A DNA stretch of 64,000 nt from NCBI GenBank assembly GCA_963674825.1, contig OY771587.1, positions 3,008,001-3,072,000 of the forward strand, given 5' to 3'. Within the stretch, counting starts at the first letter, position 1. Every line of letters begins with the position of its first letter. The translations under genes and the position numbers were made by a program. The stretch comes from Candidatus Cloacimonadales bacterium. GTDB taxonomy: Bacteria; Cloacimonadota; Cloacimonadia; Cloacimonadales; JAIOQZ01. This document shows positions 1 to 8,980 of the stretch, piece after piece. Below the pieces are notes generated by a model. That model was not told where the DNA came from and made no database searches. It saw nothing but the letters and a program-made list of their open reading frames with translations.

Positions 1-124
1 CAAGCCGGAACCTGCCGCAGAACACCAGATTAACGTAAATCAGAACGCCCTGCGCGATACGACCGATTACGTCGATAGAATCCTCTTCGACGGAAAGCAG
101 AGCGCGTTCAACCATAAAGAATAA
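1..124 (+). CDS. 3' end of an upstream CDS (partial, unknown product)
   Basis: Frame 2 is open from the window edge (KPEPAAEHQ...FNHKE) to TAA at 122-124, 26 bp before the next ATG. Confidence 0.55.
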   Translation, partial: KPEPAAEHQINVNQNALRDTTDYVDRILFDGKQSAFNHKE

Positions 125-150
125 ACAATCCTTACCCATTGGAATATCAC

Positions 151-2583
151 ATGAACCTCCCGACTGTAGATTTCTCGTATTTACTCCCATCCGTGGAAAA
201 ACCAGCGCGTTACATTGATCATGAAGTCAACGCGCGAAAGAAGATGCCAACCAGCGAGACCATCAATTTCTGCCTCGCTTTCCCCGATGTGTATGAGGTT
301 GGATTTTCGCATTTGGGCATAAAAATCCTCTATTCGATCCTCAATGAGCTTCCCGGTGTTACAGCCGACCGCAGTTATGCTCCATGGCAGGATTTCGCAA
401 AGCTGCTAAGCTCTGAGAACATCCCGCTATTTGGCGTTGAAAGCCGCGTTCCCATGAAGAGCTTCGATGTGGTCGGATTTACATTGCAAAGCGAACTGAC
501 CTTCACCAACGTGCTTTACATGCTGGATCTGGCGCAGATTCCGCTGCATGCATCCGAGCGCACGGAGGAGCATCCGATTATCCTCGGCGGTGGGCCTTCG
601 CTAAGTAATCCTGAACCGATGTCGCGCTTCTTCGACGCCATCATGATCGGCGAAGCTGAAGAAGTAATCAGCACGATTGCGGAGGTTCTAAAAGAAAATA
701 CAAGCCGGATGGATCGCCTCATAGCGTTGGCGAAGATTCCGTCAGTCTATATCCCGAATATGCGCGAGGAATCGCTTCCCGTTCAGGCCGCGAAGTTTAC
801 CGGATTCAGCGAATCGAATCTACTGCATACGAACCAACTCATTCCGTGGCTTCAGCCCACGCACGACCGCTATGTGGAAGAAATTATGCGTGGTTGTACA
901 CGAGGATGCCGGTTCTGCCATGCAGGGTTCTATTATCGTCCGGTGCGCGAGAAATCCCCCGAAGCGATTCTGGAGCGACTGGTGCACGAGGTGGAGACGT
1001 ACGGTTGGGAAGAGGCGGGTCTCTCGTCGCTTTCGTCGTCCGACTACACCTGTATCCGCGAGCTGATGCCGGCACTTTATGAGCGACTCGGCGCGAAAAC
1101 AACCTCGCTTTCATTGCCATCGTTGCGAGTGGATACGCTGGATGAAAAACTGATCCAGCTCATGAATTTTATCGGTGCTGCCGGACTAACCATCGCTCCC
1201 GAAGCGGGAAGCCAAAGGCTGCGTGACATCATCAACAAGAACGTCACCGAAGAAGATATTCTGCGCGGTTGTCAGATCGCGCTCGATAACGGCTGGAAGC
1301 TTATCAAGCTCTACTTCATGATCGGCCTGCCGTTCGAAACGGACGAAGACGTAATGGGTATCGTGGACCTTGTCGAAAAGATCAACGGCCTCTCACGGCG
1401 CAAGCTCAAGATCAATATTTCGCTTTCGCCTTTCGTTCCCAAGCCATTTACGCCGTTCCAGTGGGCGCAGATGCAGCCACCGGAAGAAATGCTCCGTCGC
1501 ATAATGCTGGTGAAGCACGCACTTAGGCCATTCAAAAACGTCCGAGCCAAATATCCGGAAGTCGAATCCTCGATCCTGGAAGGCGTTCTCTCTCGCGGTG
1601 ACGCGACCTTGGGTGAGGTTATCCTTGAGGCGTATCGCGATGGCGCGATGTTCGACGGCTGGAGCGAGATGGAGAACACTGATCGCTGGCTACGTATCAT
1701 CGACAATCACGGCAGCCGGAAGTTTCTGGACGCGATTCCGCTCGAGCGTGAATTGCCTTGGGACATTGTGGACTTGCTGGTTGATAAATCGTTCCTGAAA
1801 GAAGAATGGCACCGGGCCTCGGAGGCTGTGACGCTGGGCGATTGCCGTGAGATAGGCTGCTATCATTGCGGTGTGTGCGATATGGAGATCAAGCCGGTTT
1901 ACACGAAAGGTATCGAGCTGCCATCCATACCGAAAATAGCATCGCCGGATGAGATCCATCCGGAATATTATCGACTTTGGTACGAGCGGCTTGGTGACGT
2001 TCGCTTTGCCGGGCATCTGGATCTTCTACGCATGCTTCAGCGCGTACTGAGAAGCAGTGGTCTACCCATTGTTCATTCGGAAGGCTTCAATCCGCATCCG
2101 AAAGCCGCATTGGGTCCACCTTTACCTGTCGGCGTGGAGAGCAAGTGCGAGTACGTAGATTTCGCGATTGCCGACATCATGAGCGTGAAGGAGATCGAAA
2201 GCGCCATGCAAAAGGCGATGCCGGACGCGCTGGGATTCGTTGGAATCGAAGCGGTTCCGACAAAGCAGCAGCGTGCTATGGATTTCTATCGTCAGGAACG
2301 CGTGGAAGTTACGCCACCTGAAATACTGCACCCGGTTTTCCCGGACAAACTTGTAACGTTCGACCAGATGAGCGAGTTCCTCTATGATCGCACCCGCAAG
2401 GGCAAGACGAAGACAGTCGATATCAAGTCGATGATCGAATCGATCGTATGGCAGGACGGTATGCTGACCATTGTGAAGCTGTTATCCGGTATCAGTGTGT
2501 TCGAGATTCTTGATCTGGTGTTCGGCATCCCGCGCGAAGAAACCGGACGATTCCGTATCGTGCGACAGGAGCTGATCAAGTAA
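151..2583 (+). CDS. B12-binding-type radical SAM protein (TIGR03960-like) fused to a radical SAM-linked DUF2344/TIGR03936-like domain
   Basis: FPDVYEVGFSHLG motif; CTRGCRFC iron-sulfur motif; TIAPEAGSQRLR; C-terminal GHLDL...HSEGFNPHPK...LPVGVES. ATG at 151 preferred over TTG at 139. Confidence 0.9.
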   Translation: MNLPTVDFSYLLPSVEKPARYIDHEVNARKKMPTSETINFCLAFPDVYEVGFSHLGIKILYSILNELPGVTADRSYAPWQDFAKLLSSENIPLFGVESRVPMKSFDVVGFTLQSELTFTNVLYMLDLAQIPLHASERTEEHPIILGGGPSLSNPEPMSRFFDAIMIGEAEEVISTIAEVLKENTSRMDRLIALAKIPSVYIPNMREESLPVQAAKFTGFSESNLLHTNQLIPWLQPTHDRYVEEIMRGCTRGCRFCHAGFYYRPVREKSPEAILERLVHEVETYGWEEAGLSSLSSSDYTCIRELMPALYERLGAKTTSLSLPSLRVDTLDEKLIQLMNFIGAAGLTIAPEAGSQRLRDIINKNVTEEDILRGCQIALDNGWKLIKLYFMIGLPFETDEDVMGIVDLVEKINGLSRRKLKINISLSPFVPKPFTPFQWAQMQPPEEMLRRIMLVKHALRPFKNVRAKYPEVESSILEGVLSRGDATLGEVILEAYRDGAMFDGWSEMENTDRWLRIIDNHGSRKFLDAIPLERELPWDIVDLLVDKSFLKEEWHRASEAVTLGDCREIGCYHCGVCDMEIKPVYTKGIELPSIPKIASPDEIHPEYYRLWYERLGDVRFAGHLDLLRMLQRVLRSSGLPIVHSEGFNPHPKAALGPPLPVGVESKCEYVDFAIADIMSVKEIESAMQKAMPDALGFVGIEAVPTKQQRAMDFYRQERVEVTPPEILHPVFPDKLVTFDQMSEFLYDRTRKGKTKTVDIKSMIESIVWQDGMLTIVKLLSGISVFEILDLVFGIPREETGRFRIVRQELIK

Positions 2584-2657
2584 CACTAGGTACGTAGAGC
2601 TCCTGTAGGTTTTAGCATAAAACCAGGAATCTTCAGTACTCCGCATTCCATGAGAGA

Positions 2658-2684
2658 AGGGCAATCACAGTGGATTGCCCCTAC
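2658..2684 (-). repeat. GTAG-type REP-like palindrome
   Basis: Minus strand reads GTAGGGGCAATCCACTGTGATTGCCCT: GTAG head followed by the hairpin GGGCAATC/GATTGCCC. Confidence 0.6.
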
Positions 2685-2691
2685 AGCCCCC

Positions 2692-2717
2692 CTGGGTACG
2701 CAGACGTCTCGTCTGCA
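2692..2717 (+). repeat. REP-like palindrome, CTGGGTACGCAGA family, copy 1
   Basis: CTGGGTAC-GCAGACG-TCT-CGTCTGC-A; a sister copy lies at 36021-36047. Confidence 0.65.
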
Positions 2718-2954
2718 TTTCTTTTCCTCGGATCGCCAAGCCCCTGTGATTTTCAGACGTGGTCTGATAAATCGAATCCCCAAAGCTTGGCATCTCTTCT
2801 CTTTCCCTTATTGAGCACGGACGTCCGCGCTCCATAAGAGAATTGCTGACACAGGTACCTGCTAACGTTTACGCTTCTTGAATCAGAACTTGACAGTTTC
2901 AACCCACAAAACGAGCTTGAGGAAAATTCATACATACGTTATTATGGGACGATT

Positions 2955-3515
2955 ATGAGCCGTTTCCTGAAGAGATTTTCCTCGAAAGACCTGTTGACCA
3001 TCGCCATTTTTGCAGCGTTGGGTATCGCGATCAAGCCGATCGTGACACCACTTGTGCATCTGATCTCCACACCGCTGATGATCCCGGGAGGATCGCTTGC
3101 AGGTGGTCTCTACATGATGTGGTTAGCGCTTACCATAAACATTGTATGGAAACCCGGTACAGGAATGCTGTTTGGGCTTGTGCAGGGCGTAACGGTCCTG
3201 GCATTGGGCCTTTTCGGCAGTCATGGGGTGGTGTCGCTGATCAGCTACACGCTTCCGGGCGTTATTGGCGACCTTGTCATGCTTCTTCTTCCGCGAAAGC
3301 AAACTGCGTTTCATCACGCGATGCTTTGTAGCGTTCCCAACATTGTCGGCTCATTGGTCGTAACCATTTTAATTATGCGCATGCCCGGACTTATGATCGC
3401 CATCGCGCTCACCAGCGCAGCAGTTTCGGGCATTATCGGAGGTACATTGTCATGGATAATCTATCAGCGTTTAGTACATTTTCGCGTTATTGTAAACGAA
3501 TCCTCGTCCTGTTAA
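2955..3515 (+). CDS. ECF transporter S component (MptD/Trep_Strep-like)
   Basis: 186 aa, about 6 hydrophobic segments, FSSKDLLTIAIFAAL start and KPGTG motif, in an operon with two ECF-type ATPases. Confidence 0.8.
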   Translation: MSRFLKRFSSKDLLTIAIFAALGIAIKPIVTPLVHLISTPLMIPGGSLAGGLYMMWLALTINIVWKPGTGMLFGLVQGVTVLALGLFGSHGVVSLISYTLPGVIGDLVMLLLPRKQTAFHHAMLCSVPNIVGSLVVTILIMRMPGLMIAIALTSAAVSGIIGGTLSWIIYQRLVHFRVIVNESSSC

Positions 3516-4402
3516 CGCTCCTGATGGCGACAGCGCTTTCTGCGTTGTCGATCCAGCACGAACAGAAGACGATCGAGCTTGATCGCGCACAACTTCTCTC
3601 GCAGCCGATAACGAAGATCGAGACTGTGCGAGAAAAGAAGGGCATGACGATCAAAGAAGTCTGGACAGGTGTCAGGATCGAAGACCTCGTGAAGCTGGTA
3701 ACGGAAACTTCCTCATGGCAGACAGTTGTACTGCGTTCCGAGGATAACTACCAGGTGCGGCTTTCGCGGCAGGAAGTGCTGGAAAGCGGTGCCATCATCA
3801 GTTGGGATCGTGACGGCAAACCGCAGAAAAACAATGGCACTCGCGTGATTGTTCCCGGAATGCGCCAGATGTACTGGATCAACGATCCAGTTCTGCTGCT
3901 GGTCGAAGCTGAGCAGGAAACGATTCCACCGACGGCAATCGTCAACGGCGATCTGATCCTCGCGACGCTGACCAAAGGTGAAATCCCTCCTTTCGAGAAG
4001 GATGAAGGCTACTTTTTCCGCGATCTTGCCTCAGCGCTTTTTCCTGATGTCCGTGGTAGTTACAGATTGATCGCGCGCGATGGTATCACCCACAATCTTA
4101 CGCTGGAACCTTACTTGCAAAACGCGGTGGTTGCCGCGAAAGGCGACACGCTGTTCCTGAAGAGTCCCGACATGCCGGGCGGAATGTGGATCAAAGAGTT
4201 GGTGTATATCCAGAAGGACGATCTTGGCGTGGTGTTCACGAAGCAATTGAAAGATTTTGCCGGGCTTGCCGCACTCATCGACATTGATCTCAGCAAGACG
4301 AGCCTGTGCGCTGACGATAAAAAGAAAACGAAGCTGGATGCCGAGACGCCGTTCACCGATGCGGTATGGCAGAAGTGCAGAAAGGTGCTGTTATGGAAAT
4401 GA
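3452..4402 (+). CDS. Exported protein with two Oxidored_molyb (sulfite-oxidase fold)-like domains
   Basis: GGAGG at 3438-3442; signal-peptide-like KRILVLLTLLMATALSA; WTGVRIEDLV, SEDNY, RVIVPG...YWI; second repeat LIARDG...PGGMWIKELVYI. Confidence 0.65.
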   Translation: MDNLSAFSTFSRYCKRILVLLTLLMATALSALSIQHEQKTIELDRAQLLSQPITKIETVREKKGMTIKEVWTGVRIEDLVKLVTETSSWQTVVLRSEDNYQVRLSRQEVLESGAIISWDRDGKPQKNNGTRVIVPGMRQMYWINDPVLLLVEAEQETIPPTAIVNGDLILATLTKGEIPPFEKDEGYFFRDLASALFPDVRGSYRLIARDGITHNLTLEPYLQNAVVAAKGDTLFLKSPDMPGGMWIKELVYIQKDDLGVVFTKQLKDFAGLAALIDIDLSKTSLCADDKKKTKLDAETPFTDAVWQKCRKVLLWK

Positions 4403-4821
4403 GAATAGTGCTTCTTCTATCGGTCGTGGTGCTATTGGTGTCCTGCGACTACAACTCGCCTCGATTGACGGGCGACATCGACAGCGATTGCTTGCGGATA
4501 CATCCTGGCAGTCTCGACGAAATTCTGGAGCAATACGATGCCGATTATGCGCTTCTTATCGCAGAGGATGGCATCGCGGCGCTGGTTTCGGAGATCTCGT
4601 TTCCGCAGATCGAGCTGACGCGCAAGGATGGCGTCTGGTATAGCCAGGCCGATTCTCTGCCGCCTTTCTGTAGCATCGATTCACTGCGGGAAATATGCGT
4701 CTTCCGCATGCAGCACGAGCGTTCCGACACCTTGTCGTTTCAGCATCGAATCCTGTCTTTCGAGCGAATCGGAAGCTCCACGAAGAATGACTATCCCGCA
4801 TGGAAATACCGGAGGAAATAA
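4399..4821 (+). CDS. Predicted lipoprotein, ECF-associated
   Basis: ATGA overlap with the upstream stop; lipobox-like LLVS|C; LIAEDG motif. Confidence 0.7.
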   Translation: MRIVLLLSVVVLLVSCDYNSPRLTGDIDSDCLRIHPGSLDEILEQYDADYALLIAEDGIAALVSEISFPQIELTRKDGVWYSQADSLPPFCSIDSLREICVFRMQHERSDTLSFQHRILSFERIGSSTKNDYPAWKYRRK

Positions 4822-5225
4822 TGAAGAAAGTAATTACCCTGCTCGTTCCAGTCGTCTTGATTCTTGCCGCACTACTTCTGTTTCGCGCTACGCGTGAACA
4901 GGAGAAAGTCATGGCCTCAGAGACGATCAACCTGACCGCGAGCCTGATGGATAACCTCCAGATGGAGACCGTGATGATCGGCAACGATAAGACCGTCGAT
5001 GCGATGCGTGTACGCGGTGTCCTGGATATCTACCATGTTGACGTCAGCACTCTCAAGGGTCTTGATTTCATCTCGAACGATGGTATGAACATGGAGATCG
5101 GGATCGAAGAGCTTCCGGATCTTTTCCTGGCACCCTATGAGGACGACACATTCCGGCTCATCATTCCAACGGACGAGTTTCATCAGCGCTGGCTGAAGAA
5201 CATCGTCAAGATCGAGTTGCAATAA
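4821..5225 (+). CDS. Membrane-anchored exported protein with an Oxidored_molyb-like C-terminal motif
   Basis: TAATG coupling and GGAGG RBS; N-terminal TM helix; FISNDG...RLIIPTDEFHQRWLKNIVKIE. Confidence 0.7.
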   Translation: MKKVITLLVPVVLILAALLLFRATREQEKVMASETINLTASLMDNLQMETVMIGNDKTVDAMRVRGVLDIYHVDVSTLKGLDFISNDGMNMEIGIEELPDLFLAPYEDDTFRLIIPTDEFHQRWLKNIVKIELQ

Positions 5226-5226
5226 C

Positions 5227-5892
5227 GTGAACGCTGTCACGATCAGAAATCTCAGCTTCCGCTACCATTCCGGGAGTGAGGTTTTCAGTAACCTCAATCT
5301 CGTTGTCCCTAAGAATACAATCTCTGTGCTTAGCGGAGACAATGGATCCGGCAAGACGACGCTCCTCTATCTCATCTGCGGGATTATTCCCAGAGCGATT
5401 CATGGTACCATGAAAGGCCAGATTCTTCTGAATGACACAGATTACGCGAACGAACCGCTTTCACAGCTCGCACCTGTTATAAGTATCCTGATGCAGGAAA
5501 TCGAATGGCAGCTCCATTTTCCCACCGTTGAACAGGAGATCATCTTTGGTCCGGAAAACCTCTGTCTGCCGGTGGAAGAAATCAGAAAACGCCTTGATGA
5601 TTCATTAGCGTTCTTCAGAATCGAGAATCTTCGGCAAGAAGACACTCATACGCTTTCTGTAGGGCAGAAACGGCTGGTCGCACTGGCATCACTTTATGCT
5701 TTACGACCGTCCATTCTCGCACTGGACGAACCGCTGAATGGGCTGTCTGAGGAATCGATGGGGATTGTCATGGACTTCATCAGGACGTATCGCGAAAAGT
5801 ACGGGACCGTGATCCTCACCGCTCATCAAAAGGAAGCGCTGGATATCGCCGATCAAGTCACCGACTTGAACGCGATTAGGGGGACACAGTGA
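5227..5892 (+). CDS. ECF/CbiO-type ABC ATPase (A component)
   Basis: Walker A GDNGSGKT; PTVEQEIIFGPEN; LSVGQKR signature; LALDEP Walker B. Confidence 0.88.
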   Translation: MNAVTIRNLSFRYHSGSEVFSNLNLVVPKNTISVLSGDNGSGKTTLLYLICGIIPRAIHGTMKGQILLNDTDYANEPLSQLAPVISILMQEIEWQLHFPTVEQEIIFGPENLCLPVEEIRKRLDDSLAFFRIENLRQEDTHTLSVGQKRLVALASLYALRPSILALDEPLNGLSEESMGIVMDFIRTYREKYGTVILTAHQKEALDIADQVTDLNAIRGTQ

Positions 5893-6542
5893 TCATCCGC
5901 AACCTTTCCTTCGCCTATCGAAATGGGTCGCCGATCTTTATCGATGTCAATCTCGAGTTGCCCATGGACAGAAATACCCTGCTGTGCGGCGCGAATGGAT
6001 CGGGCAAGACGACCTTATGCCGTATTCTGGCAGGGCTGGAACCGGGTTATGGGGGGGGCATCGATTTGGATGGCGCTGACCTTCGAAATCTGGCTCCGGC
6101 AGCACGATCGAAGCTAATTTTGTATCTTAAGCAGGAAACGGAATTCAACTTGCTGGCTACGACCGCTGACGAAGATCTGGAGATATGGCAGAACCGCTTT
6201 CAACGCGACGATACGCGGGAAGAGTGGCAGCGAAGGCAGGGCGCGCTGAATGATCTTGATATGACGAGGCTGGACAATATCCCTCTTTGGGAGCTCAGCG
6301 GTGGTCAGAAGAAGCGCGTAGGGCTCTCGGCGGTTGCGCTCATGCAGAATCGTTTCTGGATTCTGGACGAACCGGACGCAGGCTTGGATGAATCCCGGAT
6401 GTCGTTATTGATCAAGCTGCTGGATATGCGCAGAAATGCTGGATATGGTGCATTGATCGTGTCTCATCGCAAGAAGCATTTTCAGGGGATACTTGATTCG
6501 GAACTAATGATTCATGAACAGAATGTTGTTTGGATAAAATAA
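5889..6542 (+). CDS. ECF/CbiO-type ABC ATPase (A' component)
   Basis: Walker A GANGSGKT; LSGGQKKR; ILDEP; VSH; GTGA overlap with the upstream gene. Confidence 0.85.
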   Translation: MIIRNLSFAYRNGSPIFIDVNLELPMDRNTLLCGANGSGKTTLCRILAGLEPGYGGGIDLDGADLRNLAPAARSKLILYLKQETEFNLLATTADEDLEIWQNRFQRDDTREEWQRRQGALNDLDMTRLDNIPLWELSGGQKKRVGLSAVALMQNRFWILDEPDAGLDESRMSLLIKLLDMRRNAGYGALIVSHRKKHFQGILDSELMIHEQNVVWIK

Positions 6543-6546
6543 AAAA

Positions 6547-6634
6547 TGGTACCAGAGGCCGGATTTGAACCGGCACGCAGTAAAACTGCGAGGGATTTTA
6601 AGTCCCTTGTGTCTACCAATTCCACCACTCCGGC
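6547..6634 (-). tRNA. tRNA-Leu (anticodon TAA)
   Basis: GCCGGAGTGGTGGAATTGGTAGACAC...AGGGA-CTTAAAA-TCCCT, long variable arm, GGTTCAAATCC, encoded CCA. Confidence 0.97.
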
Positions 6635-6649
6635 ATTGGTCTTGATTAA

Positions 6650-6723
6650 TGGAGGCGACACCCGGATTCGAACCGGGGATGAGGATTTTGCAGACCCTTG
6701 CCTTACCACTTGGCGATGTCGCC
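6650..6723 (-). tRNA. tRNA-Cys (anticodon GCA)
   Basis: GGCGACATCGCCAAGTGGTAAGGC...CTGCAAA...GGTTCGAATCCGGGTGTCGCCTCCA. Confidence 0.97.
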
Positions 6724-6735
6724 GGATAAAAAAAA

Positions 6736-6811
6736 TGGAGCGGGAAACGGGACTCGAACCCGCGACAACTACCTTGGCAAGGTAGCGCTCTACCACCTGA
6801 GCTATTCCCGC
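6736..6811 (-). tRNA. tRNA-Gly (anticodon GCC)
   Basis: GCGGGAATAGCTCAGGTGGTAGAGC...TTGCCAA...GGTTCGAGTCCCGTTTCCCGCTCCA. Confidence 0.97.
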
Positions 6812-6827
6812 CCGAGCAAGCATCGCT

Positions 6828-6855
6828 AAACTATTTGGGCGTGTTTCCTTGTCAA
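6828..6855 (-). promoter_or_regulatory. sigma70-type promoter of the tRNA Gly-Cys-Leu operon
   Basis: TTGACA-N16-TAGTTT, preceded by an A-rich UP-like tract, 16 nt upstream of tRNA-Gly. Confidence 0.7.
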
Positions 6856-6900
6856 TACTTTTTCTTTGTTTTTTTTCTTCCTTAACACTACTGAATTGAT

Positions 6901-7725
6901 TTATCGATAGATAGCCGCTGAAAGATATCCCACCACCTGTGTGTGATCACCGCTTGTATGGCCGGAATGGGTATAATTGAGCGCTGCGGCATGCTTGAAT
7001 TCGAATGCTTTCGCCAGCTCCAGAAGTGTCAGGATTCCGCCAAAACCGCACGCTTCGGTGTGATTTCGGCTGATGTGCTCCCATAATTGCAAGGCATCCA
7101 TCTTCGATACGGAATCGATCAGAACCTTATCCAGTTGTTCTGCCGCTTCACTTTGGTGATAGTGTGAGAGGTCGCTGCTGACAATGAACGCTGTGCGATC
7201 CAGCTGATCCTTGAAGGTATCCACCAGCACTTCAGCGATAGACTGCGAGTTGGCGTAGTTCTGCGTTCCAAGCACGATGGGGACTATCTTTGCTTCTGGC
7301 TTGGCGACCTGTAGGAATGGGATCTGGACTTCCAGAGAGTGCTCCATTTCATGCGCGAGCGGGAAGAACGATAGATGCTCTGAATCAAGCAACTTTTCGA
7401 TGAGTATCCTGTCTGTCTTGATTTCCCCCAGCGGAGTCAGGTAGGCATCGTAATCACCCACGGAGCAGGTGAAGCCGCCAACCCGGTGGCTGGGAGCAAT
7501 AATCACGGCGGTATCGAAATCCTTATCCATTAATGCCTTGAAGGCATATCCCGCGCATGACCCTGAATAAACGTAACCGGCATGCGGTGTAATCACCCCC
7601 AATAAATCACCATCGTAACGCTCGACATTCGCGCGATTGATGTAGTCGTTCACTTCTCGCTCAAGGCGAGCTTTGTTCGATGTATAGAACATCCCGGCTA
7701 CAACCGGTTTTCGTACAGAGCTCAT
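6901..7725 (-). CDS. amrB: AmmeMemoRadiSam system protein B (MEMO1 family)
   Basis: RKPVVAGMFY, PHAGYVYSG, EHSLEVQIPFLQ, SSDLSHY, ACGFG and VVGY motifs. Confidence 0.92.
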   Translation of the reverse strand: MSSVRKPVVAGMFYTSNKARLEREVNDYINRANVERYDGDLLGVITPHAGYVYSGSCAGYAFKALMDKDFDTAVIIAPSHRVGGFTCSVGDYDAYLTPLGEIKTDRILIEKLLDSEHLSFFPLAHEMEHSLEVQIPFLQVAKPEAKIVPIVLGTQNYANSQSIAEVLVDTFKDQLDRTAFIVSSDLSHYHQSEAAEQLDKVLIDSVSKMDALQLWEHISRNHTEACGFGGILTLLELAKAFEFKHAAALNYTHSGHTSGDHTQVVGYLSAAIYR

Positions 7726-7746
7726 ATCGACCTCCTTCTTATTAGA

Positions 7747-7774
7747 ATTCTACGTTCGTCCAATTCGGTGTCAA
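7747..7774 (-). promoter_or_regulatory. sigma70-type promoter of amrB
   Basis: TTGACA-N16-TAGAAT upstream of the AGGAGG RBS. Confidence 0.6.
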
Positions 7775-7878
7775 GCAAGTAATATAAATTGCACGAATGA
7801 CAATATGTAAGCGTGAAGTACCTGTTTTCAATTGACATCCATGAGGAAAAAAAACGAAATGAAGCAAATGGAGGTATT

Positions 7879-8976
7879 ATGCGTAAATCAATCCTTTTGG
7901 TTTTCATCGTTGCGCTCTGCTTCGGTTACCTTGTAGCTGGTAATTCTGAAGAAAAAGCCCAGTCCGATATAATTGCGATATTCAACGTAAATATCGACAG
8001 CCTTACAACCGCGGCGCAGACAGCATATTTAAGCAAAGATTTTGAAAGTTCGGTAGCGCTCTATCTGCAAGCGCTTCGATACGATATCAATAATAGTAGT
8101 TCGCTCTATAATCTCGCATGCTGCTATGGATTACTTGGTAACGATGCGATGGCCTCTTTCTTCCTGAAAAAGGCGTATCGCGCTGGCTTCACTGATCTGG
8201 AACATATCAACAGTGACATTGACTTTGACAAGGTGCGTGAAGGAGAACTGTTCAAGGCTGCGATGGATTCACTCACCGCTTGGGGTAAACCGAAAGAAGA
8301 CTTTCCCGGCGAAGAGCACTTCATCGAAAGCAAGGTCTATCTTAAATACAAAGTCTATCTGCCGGAAGGTTATTCGGCAGATAAAAAATACCCTATGATC
8401 ATCGGCCTTCATGGGTACGGTGGAGATTTGGAACGATTCGCACGCATCAATCAGCTATTGAAGGGCCGTGAGGTAATCTATGTCATACCAGAAGCTCCCT
8501 ACGCCTTCACGCCGGGTGGAATGCTTGGTTACAGCTGGTCGCTCTGGGGTATGACCGATGATGAAGCACTCGCGAATCAGTCTTTCGTGAACGTGATTGA
8601 CTGGGTCATGTCTGTTCGCAAAGAGGTCATGAGCAAGTATCCGGTAGATAAAGTCTATCTGATGGGCTTTTCACAGGGCGCAATGCTGACCTACCTCACC
8701 GGGATTTTCCATCCGAAGGAATTCGATGGTTTGATCTCAATGGGCGGTGACCTTTTTGAGGAAGTGATAGAAGGAAAAATCGACCAGGCGAAGGAACTTC
8801 CTATCTTCATTATCCACGGCAAGGAAGACAACGTTGTTGGATATGATTCTGCATTGAAGGCTGCGAAAATCTTCGAAGATCACGGAATTACCTATCAACT
8901 TGCATCGTTTGATGGGGGACACCGGCTGGATCGTGCTTCATTCTTCAAAGCATTGGAGTATTTCGGAATCAAATAA
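7879..8976 (+). CDS. Exported TPR-like plus alpha/beta hydrolase (phospholipase/carboxylesterase family)
   Basis: GGAGG RBS; signal peptide; YNLACCY TPR-like segment; LHGYG, GFSQG nucleophile elbow, HGKED, GGH. Confidence 0.85.
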   Translation: MRKSILLVFIVALCFGYLVAGNSEEKAQSDIIAIFNVNIDSLTTAAQTAYLSKDFESSVALYLQALRYDINNSSSLYNLACCYGLLGNDAMASFFLKKAYRAGFTDLEHINSDIDFDKVREGELFKAAMDSLTAWGKPKEDFPGEEHFIESKVYLKYKVYLPEGYSADKKYPMIIGLHGYGGDLERFARINQLLKGREVIYVIPEAPYAFTPGGMLGYSWSLWGMTDDEALANQSFVNVIDWVMSVRKEVMSKYPVDKVYLMGFSQGAMLTYLTGIFHPKEFDGLISMGGDLFEEVIEGKIDQAKELPIFIIHGKEDNVVGYDSALKAAKIFEDHGITYQLASFDGGHRLDRASFFKALEYFGIK

Positions 8977-8980
8977 AATC

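Noticed and set aside
6051..6058. G8 tract in the second ECF ATPase as a phase-variation switch
   Set aside because: It is short, in frame (Gly-Gly-Gly) and has no other support.
6547..6811. tRNA cluster as an integration site for a genomic island
   Set aside because: No integrase and no duplicated tRNA 3' end were seen; Gly-Cys-Leu is a widely conserved arrangement.
6512..6823. ORFs of 103 aa (minus) and 79 aa (plus) over the tRNA cluster
   Set aside because: They are translations of tRNA-Gly, -Cys and -Leu, not proteins.
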